NCBI GenBank assembly: GCA_038904015.1
Contig: JBCKKZ010000001.1
Span: 14,906-78,905, forward strand
DNA: 64,000 bases
Reading direction: 5' to 3'
Origin: Burkholderiales bacterium
GTDB taxonomy: Bacteria > Pseudomonadota > Gammaproteobacteria > Burkholderiales > SG8-39
A model generated the notes under the pieces. The model was not told the DNA's origin. It worked only from the letters and a program-made list of their open reading frames with translations, and made no database searches. How positions within the stretch are numbered: position 1 is the first letter of the stretch; the number at the start of each line of letters is the position of its first letter. Below, piece by piece: positions 1-9,212 of the stretch. A program made the position numbers and the translations under genes.

Positions 1-468
1 CGAGCCGGAGAAGAACGGCTCCGGAAAGCCGCCCAGTTGCAGCAGTTGGCGGAAATCCGCGCCGCCCTCGATGCCGAGTTCGGCGGCCGACAGCGGGTGC
101 AGCCGCAGCAGGTGGTAGCGGCCCTGCAGCGAATCGCCGCCATAACGGTACAGATCGAGCCGCGCGCTGCCGGTGACGAGGATGCGCTGGCCGCGCGCGC
201 GCCCGTCGAACGCCCCCTTGAGGAAGCCGCGCCAGGCGCGGTACTTGTGGATCTCGTCGAAGATCCACAGCTTGCCCGGCGGCAGCTCGCCGCGCAGGAT
301 GCGCTCGCGCTGCGCCGCGATGTCCCAGTTCAGGTAGCCTGCGGCCGCGCCGGGCAGGGCGCGCGCGAGCGTGGTCTTGCCGACCTGCCGGGGACCGGCG
401 ACGAACACCATCTTGCGGGCGAGATCGCGCCGCAGTTGCGGCAGCAGGTAGCGCGGCGGCCGGGCCAT
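1..468 (-). CDS. AAA+ ATPase, COG1373/DUF4143-type; C-terminus cut by window edge
   Basis: Minus-strand ATG is the reverse complement of 466-468. It reads MARPPRYLLPQLRRDLARKMVFVAGPRQVGKTTLAR..., with Walker A GPRQVGKTT and a Walker-B-like WIFDEIH. It is a paralog of 19810-21123. The listed + ORF 37-519 is its shadow. Confidence 0.7.
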   Translation of the reverse strand, partial: MARPPRYLLPQLRRDLARKMVFVAGPRQVGKTTLARALPGAAAGYLNWDIAAQRERILRGELPPGKLWIFDEIHKYRAWRGFLKGAFDGRARGQRILVTGSARLDLYRYGGDSLQGRYHLLRLHPLSAAELGIEGGADFRQLLQLGGFPEPFFSGS

Positions 469-683
469 GCGGCCAGTGTGCCATGCTTTTCGCCTCGAGG
501 CAAAAATCACCGTGAGTGATTTGTCCTGTAGGGAAAAACACCCGCGCGCGGCGCCTGGCAAAGCTGATCAAGACGCGGGGCATCACCGCGAATTGAGTCA
601 GTAGGCGCTATCGTGATCGAAATGAAGGGCGAGCAAGCACATGAACTCTCCGTCGCGGCTCACCACCGCACGGCACTGGCGGG

Positions 684-974
684 TCACCCGGATCGTAAAG
701 CGGCCTTTCGCTGACGCTTGATCTTGCGTTTGGCCGCACTCTTCACCAGCTCATCGAGCTTGGTTTCGGCTCGCGGGGTGCTTCTTACCCACGCGTCGGC
801 GCGGTGCAACTGGCCGCGCATCGCCGGTTCGTGAACCCAGGCCTCTGCATCCGGCACGACCTTCATCGGCCGCAGCAGCACCGCGCCGTCCGGCTGCTGT
901 TCCATCTCGAAGTACTTGCCCGCGTATTTCTTGCCGAGGGAAAGCTGGCCGCTATTGCCCACCATCTTGAGCAT
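684..974 (-). CDS. AbrB/SpoVT-like small DNA-binding protein (orphan antitoxin-like)
   Basis: Internal start MLKMVGNSGQLSLGKKYAGKYFEMEQQPDGAVLLRP resembles a swapped-hairpin AbrB/MazE N-domain. No toxin partner is adjacent. Confidence 0.45.
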   Translation of the reverse strand: MLKMVGNSGQLSLGKKYAGKYFEMEQQPDGAVLLRPMKVVPDAEAWVHEPAMRGQLHRADAWVRSTPRAETKLDELVKSAAKRKIKRQRKAALRSG

Positions 975-1043
975 GAGGCCGCCAGATCTATGAACTCTCG
1001 AATTCATGCCGCATGATAGCATGAATAGCATCCGGCGCTCCGG

Positions 1044-2468
1044 CTATTCGTGCTCGAGATAAAAAGCAATCCAGGCGTAGGCGAGCAGCACCATGAAGGC
1101 AAAGGCGTTGGCCGGGATCTGCAGGTTGAAATCCACCGTGCTGTGGATCGCGATGGACGACACGCCCATCACCACCGCGAAGGCGAAGCCGCGCGCGAGC
1201 GGATCGCGGCGGCGTGACAGCGCCAGCACCGCGAGCACCAGCGCCATCAGCGGCAGGCTGCCGGCGAGTGCCGCGCCGAGCGCGCCCGTTTCGACGAAAA
1301 ACTGCGTGTAGTCGTTGTGCGCGTGGTCGAAGAACGGCTGGATGTCGGAGCCGCGGTAGCGCGTGAACGCGGTATGGAAGGTGCCCGGCCCGGCGCCGAA
1401 GAGCGGGTAGTCGCGCGCGATTTCCAGCGCGTACACGGTGGGGTCCTGGCGCTCCTCGATGTTGCCCACCGTGGTCTGCTCGATGCGCTGGATGGTTTTC
1501 TCGACCCCGAACCACGAGCCGACGATGAAGATGTCGATCGCCACCAGGCTCGCGATCAGGATCACGGTGCTGCGCGTGGCATGTCGGGAGAGCGCCAGTG
1601 CTACCCCGCCCGCGATCAGCAGGCTGGCGAAAAATGCCGTGTTGCCCATGCGCGAGCGCGTCATCACCAGCGCGAGCACCATCGCCACGAGAACGAGGCG
1701 CAGCGGCGCCCGCGGACTGAGCAAGAGCGCCGCCATGTCGCGCCAGAACTGGCGCCAGCTGCGCCGCCCGGTCTCGCGCAGGCTGCCCACCATCAGGCCG
1801 ATGCCCAGCGCGAGAGTGATCTCCAGAAAGCCCGCGAGGTGGTTGCGGTTGACGAAGCCGCCGCTCGCCTGCGAGGCGTGCGAAATCGTGATGCCGAAAA
1901 TCTCCAGGTTGGTGCCCGACAGGTGCATCAGGCCGCCATACACCGCCTGCGCGAGGCCGGAGAGCACTAGAACCAGCGCGATCAGGCGCGCGCGCTCCCG
2001 CGTGTTGGCGAGCGCGAGCGTGAGGAAAAACGCGACGGCGTAGGCGCAGCTCTTCAGCCAGAAGACGAAACTTGCGTTGGGATCGAGCGACAGCGTGATC
2101 CACGCGCCGGCGGCATGAAGGTTGCCATACGGGTCGCCATACGGCGCGGCGAGCGCGTGCACCGCCGCCGCCTGCGGCGAGAGCGCGCGCACCAGATCCA
2201 CCGGCAGCGGCGTCCAGTGCAACGCGAGGTAGGCGAGCCAGACGCCGAGCAGCGCGAACGCCGGCCAGGCCGCGCGTACCACCGCGAGCGAGCCGTGGCG
2301 CCGTTGCAGCCAGCCGATCACCCAGAGCGCGGCGGCGAGAAACAAGCCTGCTTCCAGGATCGTCCACGCCCACGCCCGGTTGCTGCCGAGGGGAAACGGC
2401 GCCCAGACGAGCAGCGCGAGAAACACTCCCAGCGAACCGCGTTCGGCCCCCCCGGAAGCGGCCGTCAT
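1044..2468 (-). CDS. O-antigen ligase / Wzy_C-family polytopic membrane protein
   Basis: 474 aa with many hydrophobic helices and a large loop segment (RSRMGNTAFF...). It sits in an EPS export operon. Confidence 0.65.
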   Translation of the reverse strand: MTAASGGAERGSLGVFLALLVWAPFPLGSNRAWAWTILEAGLFLAAALWVIGWLQRRHGSLAVVRAAWPAFALLGVWLAYLALHWTPLPVDLVRALSPQAAAVHALAAPYGDPYGNLHAAGAWITLSLDPNASFVFWLKSCAYAVAFFLTLALANTRERARLIALVLVLSGLAQAVYGGLMHLSGTNLEIFGITISHASQASGGFVNRNHLAGFLEITLALGIGLMVGSLRETGRRSWRQFWRDMAALLLSPRAPLRLVLVAMVLALVMTRSRMGNTAFFASLLIAGGVALALSRHATRSTVILIASLVAIDIFIVGSWFGVEKTIQRIEQTTVGNIEERQDPTVYALEIARDYPLFGAGPGTFHTAFTRYRGSDIQPFFDHAHNDYTQFFVETGALGAALAGSLPLMALVLAVLALSRRRDPLARGFAFAVVMGVSSIAIHSTVDFNLQIPANAFAFMVLLAYAWIAFYLEHE

Positions 2469-2477
2469 GCGCCCCGC

Positions 2478-3197
2478 TCAGGTTCCGCGCACGATGCGAA
2501 GCGGAGTGCCGTGCGTCAGGCGCAGTGCTTCCTCCTCGCCGACGATCTTCGCCGCGGCGTCGCGGCCGGGCGCGATGCGCGGCGGGCGGTCCACGGTGTC
2601 GTGGGCATCGGAGGCGATCACGCTGACCCAGCCGCGCTCGAGGAACTCGCGCGCGCGCAGCGCGCACAGTTCGCCGAAGCCGCCGCTCACCGCGTCCGCC
2701 GTCACCTGCACGAGGCAACCTTCCTTCACGAACGGCTCCAGCCTGGCCGGGTCGCGCATCAGGTCCTTGTTGCGCTCCGGGTGCGCGATCAGCGGGCGGA
2801 TGTTGCGCGCCAGCAGCCAGGCGACGAACTTGTCCGCGCCCACCGGCACGTGGCTGTGCGGAAATTCGAGCAACATGATGTGATATCCCTCGAGCATGCC
2901 GAGAAACGGCACCCGGCCCGCCTCGATGAGCGGCAGGATTTCGTAGTCGAGCCGCACTTCCGCGGCGAAACCGACCTCCAGCGGGATGCCCGCGGCCGCG
3001 AGCGCCGCGCGGTAAACCTCCACCGCGGCGGTGATCTTCGGCAGATCGTTGTCCCAGCGCCCGGGCTGCAGGTGGGGCGTGACGTGCGCGGCCTCGATGC
3101 CGTTCGCCACCGCGATGCGCGCCATTTCGAGCGCCTCGTCGAGTGACTCCGGCCCGTCGTCAATTCCCGGCAGCAGGTGGCAGTGAATGTCGATCAC
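2478..3197 (-). CDS. CpsB/CapC-family (PHP-fold) protein-tyrosine phosphatase
   Basis: N-terminus MIDIHCHLLPGIDDGP and later HPERN and SDAH motifs. It lies directly downstream of the tyrosine autokinase. Confidence 0.85.
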   Translation of the reverse strand: MIDIHCHLLPGIDDGPESLDEALEMARIAVANGIEAAHVTPHLQPGRWDNDLPKITAAVEVYRAALAAAGIPLEVGFAAEVRLDYEILPLIEAGRVPFLGMLEGYHIMLLEFPHSHVPVGADKFVAWLLARNIRPLIAHPERNKDLMRDPARLEPFVKEGCLVQVTADAVSGGFGELCALRAREFLERGWVSVIASDAHDTVDRPPRIAPGRDAAAKIVGEEEALRLTHGTPLRIVRGT

Positions 3198-3202
3198 GGT
3201 GC

Positions 3203-3310
3203 AAAATAAATGGGGTCAGAGAAAATAAATGGGGTCAGAGCAACATTTCCGCTACGACCGCTGAAGATCTTCTCCGGTCATGGAAATGTTGCTCTGACCC
3301 CATTTATTTT
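3203..3310. repeat. 29-bp perfect inverted repeat (3222-3250 / 3282-3310) plus a tandem extra half-site (3203-3221)
   Basis: aaaataaatggggtcagagcaacatttcc, a 31-nt loop, then ggaaatgttgctctgaccccatttatttt. It fills the kinase-phosphatase intercistronic gap. Confidence 0.9.
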
Positions 3311-5553
3311 CAACCCTTGTTCGGGGTGTAGCCGTAGCCGTACTTCTTGTTGTAGTAGCGCCGGCCGTAGCCGCTGTATTCGCCGTAGTAGCGGTCGGCC
3401 CGCAGCGCGTCGAGCTGGTTGAGCACCACGCCGAGGATCGGCGCGTTCACGCGCCGCAGCCGCCGGATGCCCAGGCGCGCGAGCGGGTAGGGCGTGTCGT
3501 CGGCCTTGACCACGAACACCACGTCGGTCGCGATGTTGGAGAGCACCAGCGCGTCGCTCACCAGCTGCACCGGCGGGCTGTCGATCACGATCACCTCGAA
3601 ATTCGCGGCGAGGCGCTCCATCGCGTCGGTGAAGCGGTGCGAGGCGAGCAGATCGAGCGGATTGGGCGGGATCCGGCCCGCGGGCAGCACCGAGAGCTGC
3701 ATGCCCTGCTCCACCGGGTAGACGCAGCGCTCGAGCGTCGCCTCGCCGCTGACCAGCTGCGACAGCCCGAGCAGGTTGCTGTTCGCCCCGCCCAGCAGGC
3801 GGCCGATCTTCGGGCGGCGCATGTCGGCGTCGATCAAGAGCGTCTTTTTCACTTGTCCAAACGCGAACGCGAGGTTCGCGGCCACCGTGGTCTTGCCCTC
3901 CTCGGGCACCGAGGAGGTCACCAGCACGATCTTCCTCGGCGAGTCGATGGAGGACAGCATCACACCGCTGCGGATGGTACGGATCGCCTCCGCGAACGAG
4001 GTCTGCGGATCATCGAGGAACACACGCTCGAGCTGCTGGCCGCTCTTCACTTTCGTGATGTTGAGCACGCCCAGCACCGGCACGCCAAGACGTGTCTCGA
4101 CCTCGTGCGTCGTCTTGATGGTGTTGTCGAGGCGCTCGAGCAGAATCGCGAGCGCGATCGCGACCAGCAGCGCGGCGAGCAGCGACAACCCCACGATCAG
4201 GCGCTTGTTCGGGCCGGAAGGGTCCGCGGGCACGATCGCGGGATCAACCACGCGCGCGATCGGGCTGTGCATCTCGCCGGAGATGTTGGTCTCCTTGTAG
4301 CGCTGCATGAACATGTCGTAGAACTGGCGGCTGGTGGCCACCTCGCGCTCCAGCGCCGCGAGCTGGAACTCCTTTCGATTGAGATTCTGTATGTCGCCCT
4401 TGGCGGCGTTCAGGCTGCGCTCGATCGCGGCCTCGTTGGCGCGCGCCGACTCGAATTCGCGCGTCACCGTCTGCACCGCGCCGGCGAGGCCGCGGCGCGC
4501 GTTGTCGCGCGCCGATTTCAGCTCGGACTCGGCGGCGACCATGCGCGGGTGCTCGGCGCCGTAGCGCTTGGAGGCGTCGGTGTAGCGCCGCTCGGCCTCG
4601 GCCTCGGCTTCCCGCTGCTTGAGCACCAGCGGGTGCTTCTGGATCGCGGGCTGGCTCTCGAGCGATTCCTGCGATTTGCCCTGCGCCAGCGCGCTGACCT
4701 GCTGCCAGGCGTACTCGGCCTCGCTGCGGCGCCGGCGCGCATCGATCAGCGAGGAGCTCAGCTCTTCCACCTGCCGCGTCACGCCCGACTGCGACAGCGT
4801 CTTGGTGTCGATGATTTTCTCGCGCTCGCGGAACGACTGCAGCGCCTGCTCGGCCTCGGCGACCTTCTGCTTCAGCCCCACGGTCTGGCCGGTGAGGAAG
4901 GCGCTCGCCTTGCGCGTCATCTGCATGCGCGACTCCAGGTCGGCCTCGATGTAGATCTCGGCGAGCGCGTTGGGCACCGCGGCGGCGAGTTCCGGGTCGT
5001 GCGAATCGAAGCTGATGCGCATCAGCTGGCTGTTGCGCACCAGTTGCAGGCTGATGCCGCGCTGCACCGCGCCGATCACGCGGCGCTCGATCTGCTCCGC
5101 CGGGGCCGCGGCGCCGTCGTCGCCCACGAAGCCCTTGGGCAGCCATTTTTCGTAGAACGCCGGCGGCTGCGCGCCGGGCCTGTATTGGGGATGCGCGGCG
5201 AGTTTGATCTGGCGCACCAGCCTTGCCGCCAGCTCGCGCGATTTGAGGATCTCGAGCTGCGTCTGGTAGTACTGCAGCGTGTTGGTGCTGAGGGAGCTGT
5301 AGACCTCCTCGATCGAGACGATCTTGGGTTTGCTTGCCTCCACCAGGATCGTGGCGGTGGCGCGGTACACCGGCGGCAGGCCCGAGGCGAACAACTGCGC
5401 GAGGATGCCCACCGCGGCCACCAGCGCGAGGATGCGCCACTTGTTGCGGTTGATGGCGCGCCAGTAGCGCACCAGATCCAACGTGTCGTGCTCGTCCTCC
5501 CGGTTGCCCAGCAGAGGCTCCAAGGGCAGTTCGCGCTCGGCGGCGATGTTCAC
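3310..5553 (-). CDS. Polysaccharide co-polymerase / tyrosine autokinase (Wzc / EpsG-like)
   Basis: 747 aa. N-terminal Wzz-type domain with a coiled coil. Walker A SSVPEEGKTT, LLIDADMRRP and VVIDSPP motifs. C-terminal Tyr cluster YYGEYSGYGRRYYNKKYGYGY. Confidence 0.9.
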   Translation of the reverse strand: MNIAAERELPLEPLLGNREDEHDTLDLVRYWRAINRNKWRILALVAAVGILAQLFASGLPPVYRATATILVEASKPKIVSIEEVYSSLSTNTLQYYQTQLEILKSRELAARLVRQIKLAAHPQYRPGAQPPAFYEKWLPKGFVGDDGAAAPAEQIERRVIGAVQRGISLQLVRNSQLMRISFDSHDPELAAAVPNALAEIYIEADLESRMQMTRKASAFLTGQTVGLKQKVAEAEQALQSFREREKIIDTKTLSQSGVTRQVEELSSSLIDARRRRSEAEYAWQQVSALAQGKSQESLESQPAIQKHPLVLKQREAEAEAERRYTDASKRYGAEHPRMVAAESELKSARDNARRGLAGAVQTVTREFESARANEAAIERSLNAAKGDIQNLNRKEFQLAALEREVATSRQFYDMFMQRYKETNISGEMHSPIARVVDPAIVPADPSGPNKRLIVGLSLLAALLVAIALAILLERLDNTIKTTHEVETRLGVPVLGVLNITKVKSGQQLERVFLDDPQTSFAEAIRTIRSGVMLSSIDSPRKIVLVTSSVPEEGKTTVAANLAFAFGQVKKTLLIDADMRRPKIGRLLGGANSNLLGLSQLVSGEATLERCVYPVEQGMQLSVLPAGRIPPNPLDLLASHRFTDAMERLAANFEVIVIDSPPVQLVSDALVLSNIATDVVFVVKADDTPYPLARLGIRRLRRVNAPILGVVLNQLDALRADRYYGEYSGYGRRYYNKKYGYGYTPNKG

Positions 5554-5566
5554 GGCGCTCGCTCGC

Positions 5567-6130
5567 TCAGAAGAAGCTTTCTTCCACGGTGATGATGTCG
5601 CCCGGGCGCACCGCCTCGTCCTGGCTCACGCGCCTGGAAGTCTGGCTGCGGTCGTCGTCGCGGATCACGAAAATTTTCTCCTTCGAGGCGCGCTCCTTGA
5701 AGCCGCCGGCAAGCGAGATCGCCTTCCTCACCGTGAGGCCCGGGATGAACGGGTAGCCGCCGGGCTTTTCCACCTGGCCGTTGATGTAGAAACTGCGGTA
5801 TTCGTTGATCGTCACCGTGACCTGCGGATTGACGAGGTAACGGCCCGTCAGGCCCTCCCGAATCAGCGCCTCCAGTTCCGCCACCGTCTTGCCGAAGAGC
5901 TTGATCTCGCCCAGGATCGGGTAGGAAATGGTGGCCGCGTCCGACAGGCGGATTTTCTCGCGCTTGAGGTCTTCCTCGCCCAGCACCTGGACCGAGATCA
6001 CGTCGCCCGAGCCGAGCCGGTAATTCGAGATGGCGTCGCCCTGCGCGAGCGCCGTGGCGGCAGCCGCCAGCGCAAAGGCGAAGGCGCCGATGAGGCGGGC
6101 GAAGGCGGGCGAGGAAATCCAGGAAGGCAT
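5567..6130 (-). CDS. Polysaccharide export protein (Wza/EpsE-like, Poly_export + SLBB)
   Basis: Signal peptide ...AAAATALAQGD, then YRLGSGDVISVQV and a PGDIITV-type SLBB ending. Confidence 0.8.
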   Translation of the reverse strand: MPSWISSPAFARLIGAFAFALAAAATALAQGDAISNYRLGSGDVISVQVLGEEDLKREKIRLSDAATISYPILGEIKLFGKTVAELEALIREGLTGRYLVNPQVTVTINEYRSFYINGQVEKPGGYPFIPGLTVRKAISLAGGFKERASKEKIFVIRDDDRSQTSRRVSQDEAVRPGDIITVEESFF

Positions 6131-6205
6131 CCGGCAACCGCTGGAATAAGGGCTTGAAAGTATAGCAACAACGCCCGGCCAGGGGCCTCCCGCGCCGCGG
6201 GCGCG

Positions 6206-7402
6206 CTAAAGCGTCGCGCCTACCGTGAAGAGCAGCAGGTTGCGCTTGTAGTTCAGGGTGCTGTCGTTCGAATCGCGCTCGAAGTGCGTGACCTCGGCGC
6301 CCAGGCGCAGCCAGCGGCGGAAATCGTAGGCCACCTTGAGGCCGAAGGTGGTGGTGTCATCCTTGCGGCTCACGCCGGCGCCGGTGAAGGCGTCGTTGCG
6401 CAAGCTGGCAAGCGCCTGGGTGCGCAGGCGCGAACTCCAGGCGTGGCTCCAGGTGACGCCGTAGTTCGCGCCCACCACGGTGTCGCCGACGCCGGTGGAT
6501 TCGCCGGTCTGCTTGGCGCTGGTGAAGTCGAACACCGAGTAAGTGAGCGGGCTCCAGCGCACCCCAACGTCCCAACTGCTGCCGGAAAAATCCTGCCGTG
6601 CCCCCGCGTCGAACTTCTTGTTCATGCGGCCGAACTTGGCGGTGCCGGTGGTGGCCGCGGTCGCTTCCCACTTCACACCGGCGAGAAAACGGGTTTCGGT
6701 CGAATCCTGCGTCGAGCTGGCGAGCGAGTAATCGATGTTGCGATGGCCCACCTGAGCGAGCAATTCGGTGCGCGGCATCACGCGCCAGAAGAACGTGCCG
6801 CCGAGTTGCGCGGTGTCGCGGTCGGCGTCGACCGTGGTGGCGCGGTTGTTGGTATAGCGGCGCGCGAAGGCGCCGGCGTCGACTTCAATGCGGCCGCGCG
6901 CGCCGGGCGCGCCGTAGCGGAACACGCCGTCAATGCCGGTGTTGTCGTATTCGTCCGGCGTGGCCGAGACGCCACGGTCGCTGGACCCGCGCCCATCGTG
7001 GCCGTGGCGGTGCTCGGCGCGCAGCTTCAGGCCCGCGCGCCCGGAGAACACCAGGTCGCCATTGCCGATGAGGGCGTAGTCGGTGTACTTGTCCGCGGTG
7101 CTCGAGTGATAGCGGCCATGGTCGATGCGCAGACCGATATCGTATTTGTGCGGGCCCGTCTTCGCCTCGGCGCGGACGTAGGGGCTGACGACGGTGTAGC
7201 TCGATGAGGTGCGCGCCGTCGGGCGCAGGAACAGGTTGTCGTCATACCCGTGCGCGAGATCGATGCCCGGAAAGACCGTCAGCGGCCCCACCGGAATACC
7301 GCCCGGCGGCGACGCCGGGGCATCCGACTGGCCCTGCGCGAACGCCGGCCCCGCCGCAAGAATCGCGACGGCGCCAAGGGCAGCAAGGGCCTTGCGCGTC
7401 AT
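6206..7402 (-). CDS. Outer-membrane beta-barrel protein of EPS operon (EpsL-like)
   Basis: Signal peptide MTRKALAALGAVAILAAGPAFAQ. Alternating beta-strand-like composition rich in Y, G, R and D. It is the first gene of the minus-strand export operon. Confidence 0.55.
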   Translation of the reverse strand: MTRKALAALGAVAILAAGPAFAQGQSDAPASPPGGIPVGPLTVFPGIDLAHGYDDNLFLRPTARTSSSYTVVSPYVRAEAKTGPHKYDIGLRIDHGRYHSSTADKYTDYALIGNGDLVFSGRAGLKLRAEHRHGHDGRGSSDRGVSATPDEYDNTGIDGVFRYGAPGARGRIEVDAGAFARRYTNNRATTVDADRDTAQLGGTFFWRVMPRTELLAQVGHRNIDYSLASSTQDSTETRFLAGVKWEATAATTGTAKFGRMNKKFDAGARQDFSGSSWDVGVRWSPLTYSVFDFTSAKQTGESTGVGDTVVGANYGVTWSHAWSSRLRTQALASLRNDAFTGAGVSRKDDTTTFGLKVAYDFRRWLRLGAEVTHFERDSNDSTLNYKRNLLLFTVGATL

Positions 7403-7570
7403 GAATGGAACGTATCTCGAAATTACTTAGTGCTTGTTTTACACTAACTTAGGACAGATACGAAAGAAATCGCTTTAGCAACTGGCCCGGACGTTGCTCA
7501 CGCACAACATTGTTGCATAGCAACAAAATACCGCTATTAGTGAAACGATCAGAGGTTACTGCGAAAAATT

Positions 7571-8629
7571 TCACTTGACGACATTTTCTTTTTCCATCCA
7601 GTCCATGAGCTGGCGTGCAGCCGCAATGCCGCCACGCTCGGCCTTTTCCAGCCATTTGCGCGCCTCGGCGAAGTCCCGCGGCACTCCCGTTCCCGCGGCG
7701 TAGAGCCGCCCCAGGTTGAACTGCGCGGGGGCGAAGCCCGTCTCGGTCGCCTTGCGGTACCAGTCCAGGGCCTGTTTCGGGTCGGGCTTCACGCCGCGGC
7801 CGGTCTCAAAAAGCTCCCCGACATTGTTCTGCGCCGTCGCGTCGCCCGCGCGTGCCGCCTGCAGGTAGAGCCTGGCGGCGCGCGCGGGGTCCGCCTTGCC
7901 GCCCACGCCCTGCGCGTACATCCACGCGAGCACGCTCTGCGCCGAGGGGCGGCCGGCGGCCGCGGCGCCGGTGAGCCGCTCCCAGGCGCAGGGCGCCTGC
8001 GGGGGCCTGGCTTCGAGGCAGGCGCGCCCGAGCAGCTCCGCCGCCGCCGGGTGGCCGCTGTCCGCCGCCTCGCGCATCAGCGCCGCGGCGCGCGCGGGAT
8101 CGTCCTTTTCCAGACATTGCGCAACGCGGAACTTCGCGCCGGCGTAGCCCCTGGCCAGCGCGGCGCCGAAATGGCGGCACGCGGCCTCGACCCCTGGCGG
8201 CTCGACATAGCCGTGCAGCGCGAGCACGCCTTCAGCGTACTCGGCCGCGCCGCTGCCCTGCCTGGCCATGCGGCCGAGGCGCCAGTGCGTGTCGCCGAAC
8301 TGCTCGCGGAACTGCCGGCGGTAGGAGTCGAACAGGTTAGCGTCGCCGATCGCGAGCGCGCGCTCGGCGCCCACCGCGGAGCGCAGCGCGAGATCGGCGA
8401 TCTGCTGGCGGATCGCCTCGGGCTTGCGCGCCTTCTTCAGCCTGGCGCGTGCCTCCATCGCCGCGCCGTTGACCAGCTCCCACTCGGTGAGCGGGTCGTG
8501 CTCGGCCGGCGCCGCGGCCGCTCCGGCGGCAAGAGCCAGAGTCCAATACAATCCCATATGTAACAGGGAGATCGGCCGCGCCGCCCGACGTTCAAGCGAC
8601 CGCGACCCGATCCGTCTGATCGCAAACAT
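7571..8629 (-). CDS. Sel1-repeat (TPR-like) protein
   Basis: Repeated A..WY.KAA..G...AQ..LG..Y..G.GV motifs. A likelier start is MGLYWTLALAAGAAAAP (about 8557), which gives a signal peptide. Confidence 0.7.
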   Translation of the reverse strand: MFAIRRIGSRSLERRAARPISLLHMGLYWTLALAAGAAAAPAEHDPLTEWELVNGAAMEARARLKKARKPEAIRQQIADLALRSAVGAERALAIGDANLFDSYRRQFREQFGDTHWRLGRMARQGSGAAEYAEGVLALHGYVEPPGVEAACRHFGAALARGYAGAKFRVAQCLEKDDPARAAALMREAADSGHPAAAELLGRACLEARPPQAPCAWERLTGAAAAGRPSAQSVLAWMYAQGVGGKADPARAARLYLQAARAGDATAQNNVGELFETGRGVKPDPKQALDWYRKATETGFAPAQFNLGRLYAAGTGVPRDFAEARKWLEKAERGGIAAARQLMDWMEKENVVK

Positions 8630-8969
8630 CGATGTCGACCGTCAACCGGTGAATCGCCACTTCCGGCACTTTCGTCCTGCCGGCGCCGGGCTTGAGCCGA
8701 ACGAAGCCCGCGGCGACGAGTTTGCCCAGAGTGCGGCTGACGTTCGGTTCGGCCCGCCGCAGCAGCCGCGCCAGGTCGGCGACTGAAGCCGGCTTCTGTT
8801 GCTCGATCACTGCCAGCAATTGACGATTCTCCGGGGTCAGTAGCCGCATCACAGCTTCGACCGACTCGAACGAAACCCGCCCCGCATCGGCAGGCGCCTT
8901 GCGCCCGCCCCGCGCCACCGAAAGCATTTGCGCTTTGAACGCTTTCATCGATTGAATTTTCAGTCTCAT
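8592..8969 (-). CDS. wHTH/MarR-like small regulator of the TA-antitoxin type
   Basis: ...ARGGRKAPADAGRVSFESVEAVMRLLTPENRQLLAVIEQQKPASVADLARLLRRAEPNVSRTLGKLVAAGFVRL. The start may be the internal MKAFKAQ at 8948. Confidence 0.5.
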   Translation of the reverse strand: MRLKIQSMKAFKAQMLSVARGGRKAPADAGRVSFESVEAVMRLLTPENRQLLAVIEQQKPASVADLARLLRRAEPNVSRTLGKLVAAGFVRLKPGAGRTKVPEVAIHRLTVDIDVCDQTDRVAVA

Positions 8970-9033
8970 TAATGCAGCCTTCCGTCATAGGCGAGGAGCA
9001 GCTCGAGCGCGTACTCGGGAACATCCACGCCGT

Positions 9034-9056
9034 ATCCTATCACATCATGATAGGAT
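9034..9056. promoter_or_regulatory. Palindrome ATCCTATCA-N5-TGATAGGAT in a divergent intergenic region
   Basis: Perfect 9-bp arms at 9034-9042 and 9048-9056, between the 8592-8969 (-) and 9213-9467 (+) genes. Confidence 0.4.
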
Positions 9057-9212
9057 CATGAAGGCTGGAGCGGCAGCCGCGGAGATTTCGCCCGCCGCCG
9101 TGGCTGCACCGGGACGAATTCGTACGGCCGGCGCTTGCCGCCGTTCGTGCGGCGCCTGTGGCCGGCTTCCGGCCTTCGGATACAATCCGCGCATCGATCA
9201 CGGAGAACCGAC

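Noticed and set aside
37-519. 160-aa + strand ORF at the window start
   Set aside because: The opposite strand encodes a recognisable AAA+ ATPase N-terminus with a Walker A motif. The + ORF is its shadow.
988-2718. 576-aa ORF, plus other very long ORFs at 3637-5592, 19807-21507, 24274-25614, 24980-26245, 29352-30446, 35853-37298 and 52666-53676
   Set aside because: All lie antisense or out of frame to genes with clear family motifs. They have Arg/Ala/Gly/Pro-rich, low-complexity translations typical of shadow ORFs in G+C-rich DNA.
3203-3240. Direct repeats considered as a possible CRISPR or mini-array
   Set aside because: Only two adjacent 19-nt copies with no spacers, and they form part of a large hairpin. 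No cas genes are present.
7403-7570. Sigma-54 or other defined promoter for the EPS export operon; palindrome TTGTTGC-ATA-GCAACAA at 7510-7526
   Set aside because: The AT-rich spacer surely holds the promoter, but I could not identify a convincing -24/-12 or -35/-10 pair by eye. The palindrome is noted but is too short to call.
8317-8324. Additional GGCGGTAG 8-mers as ops sites: here on the + strand, and on the minus strand near 38117 and 58793
   Set aside because: All lie inside coding regions, antisense to the gene, and lack the full 12-mer. Chance occurrences are expected in G+C-rich DNA. Only 28540-28551 is intergenic, sense-oriented and a full match.
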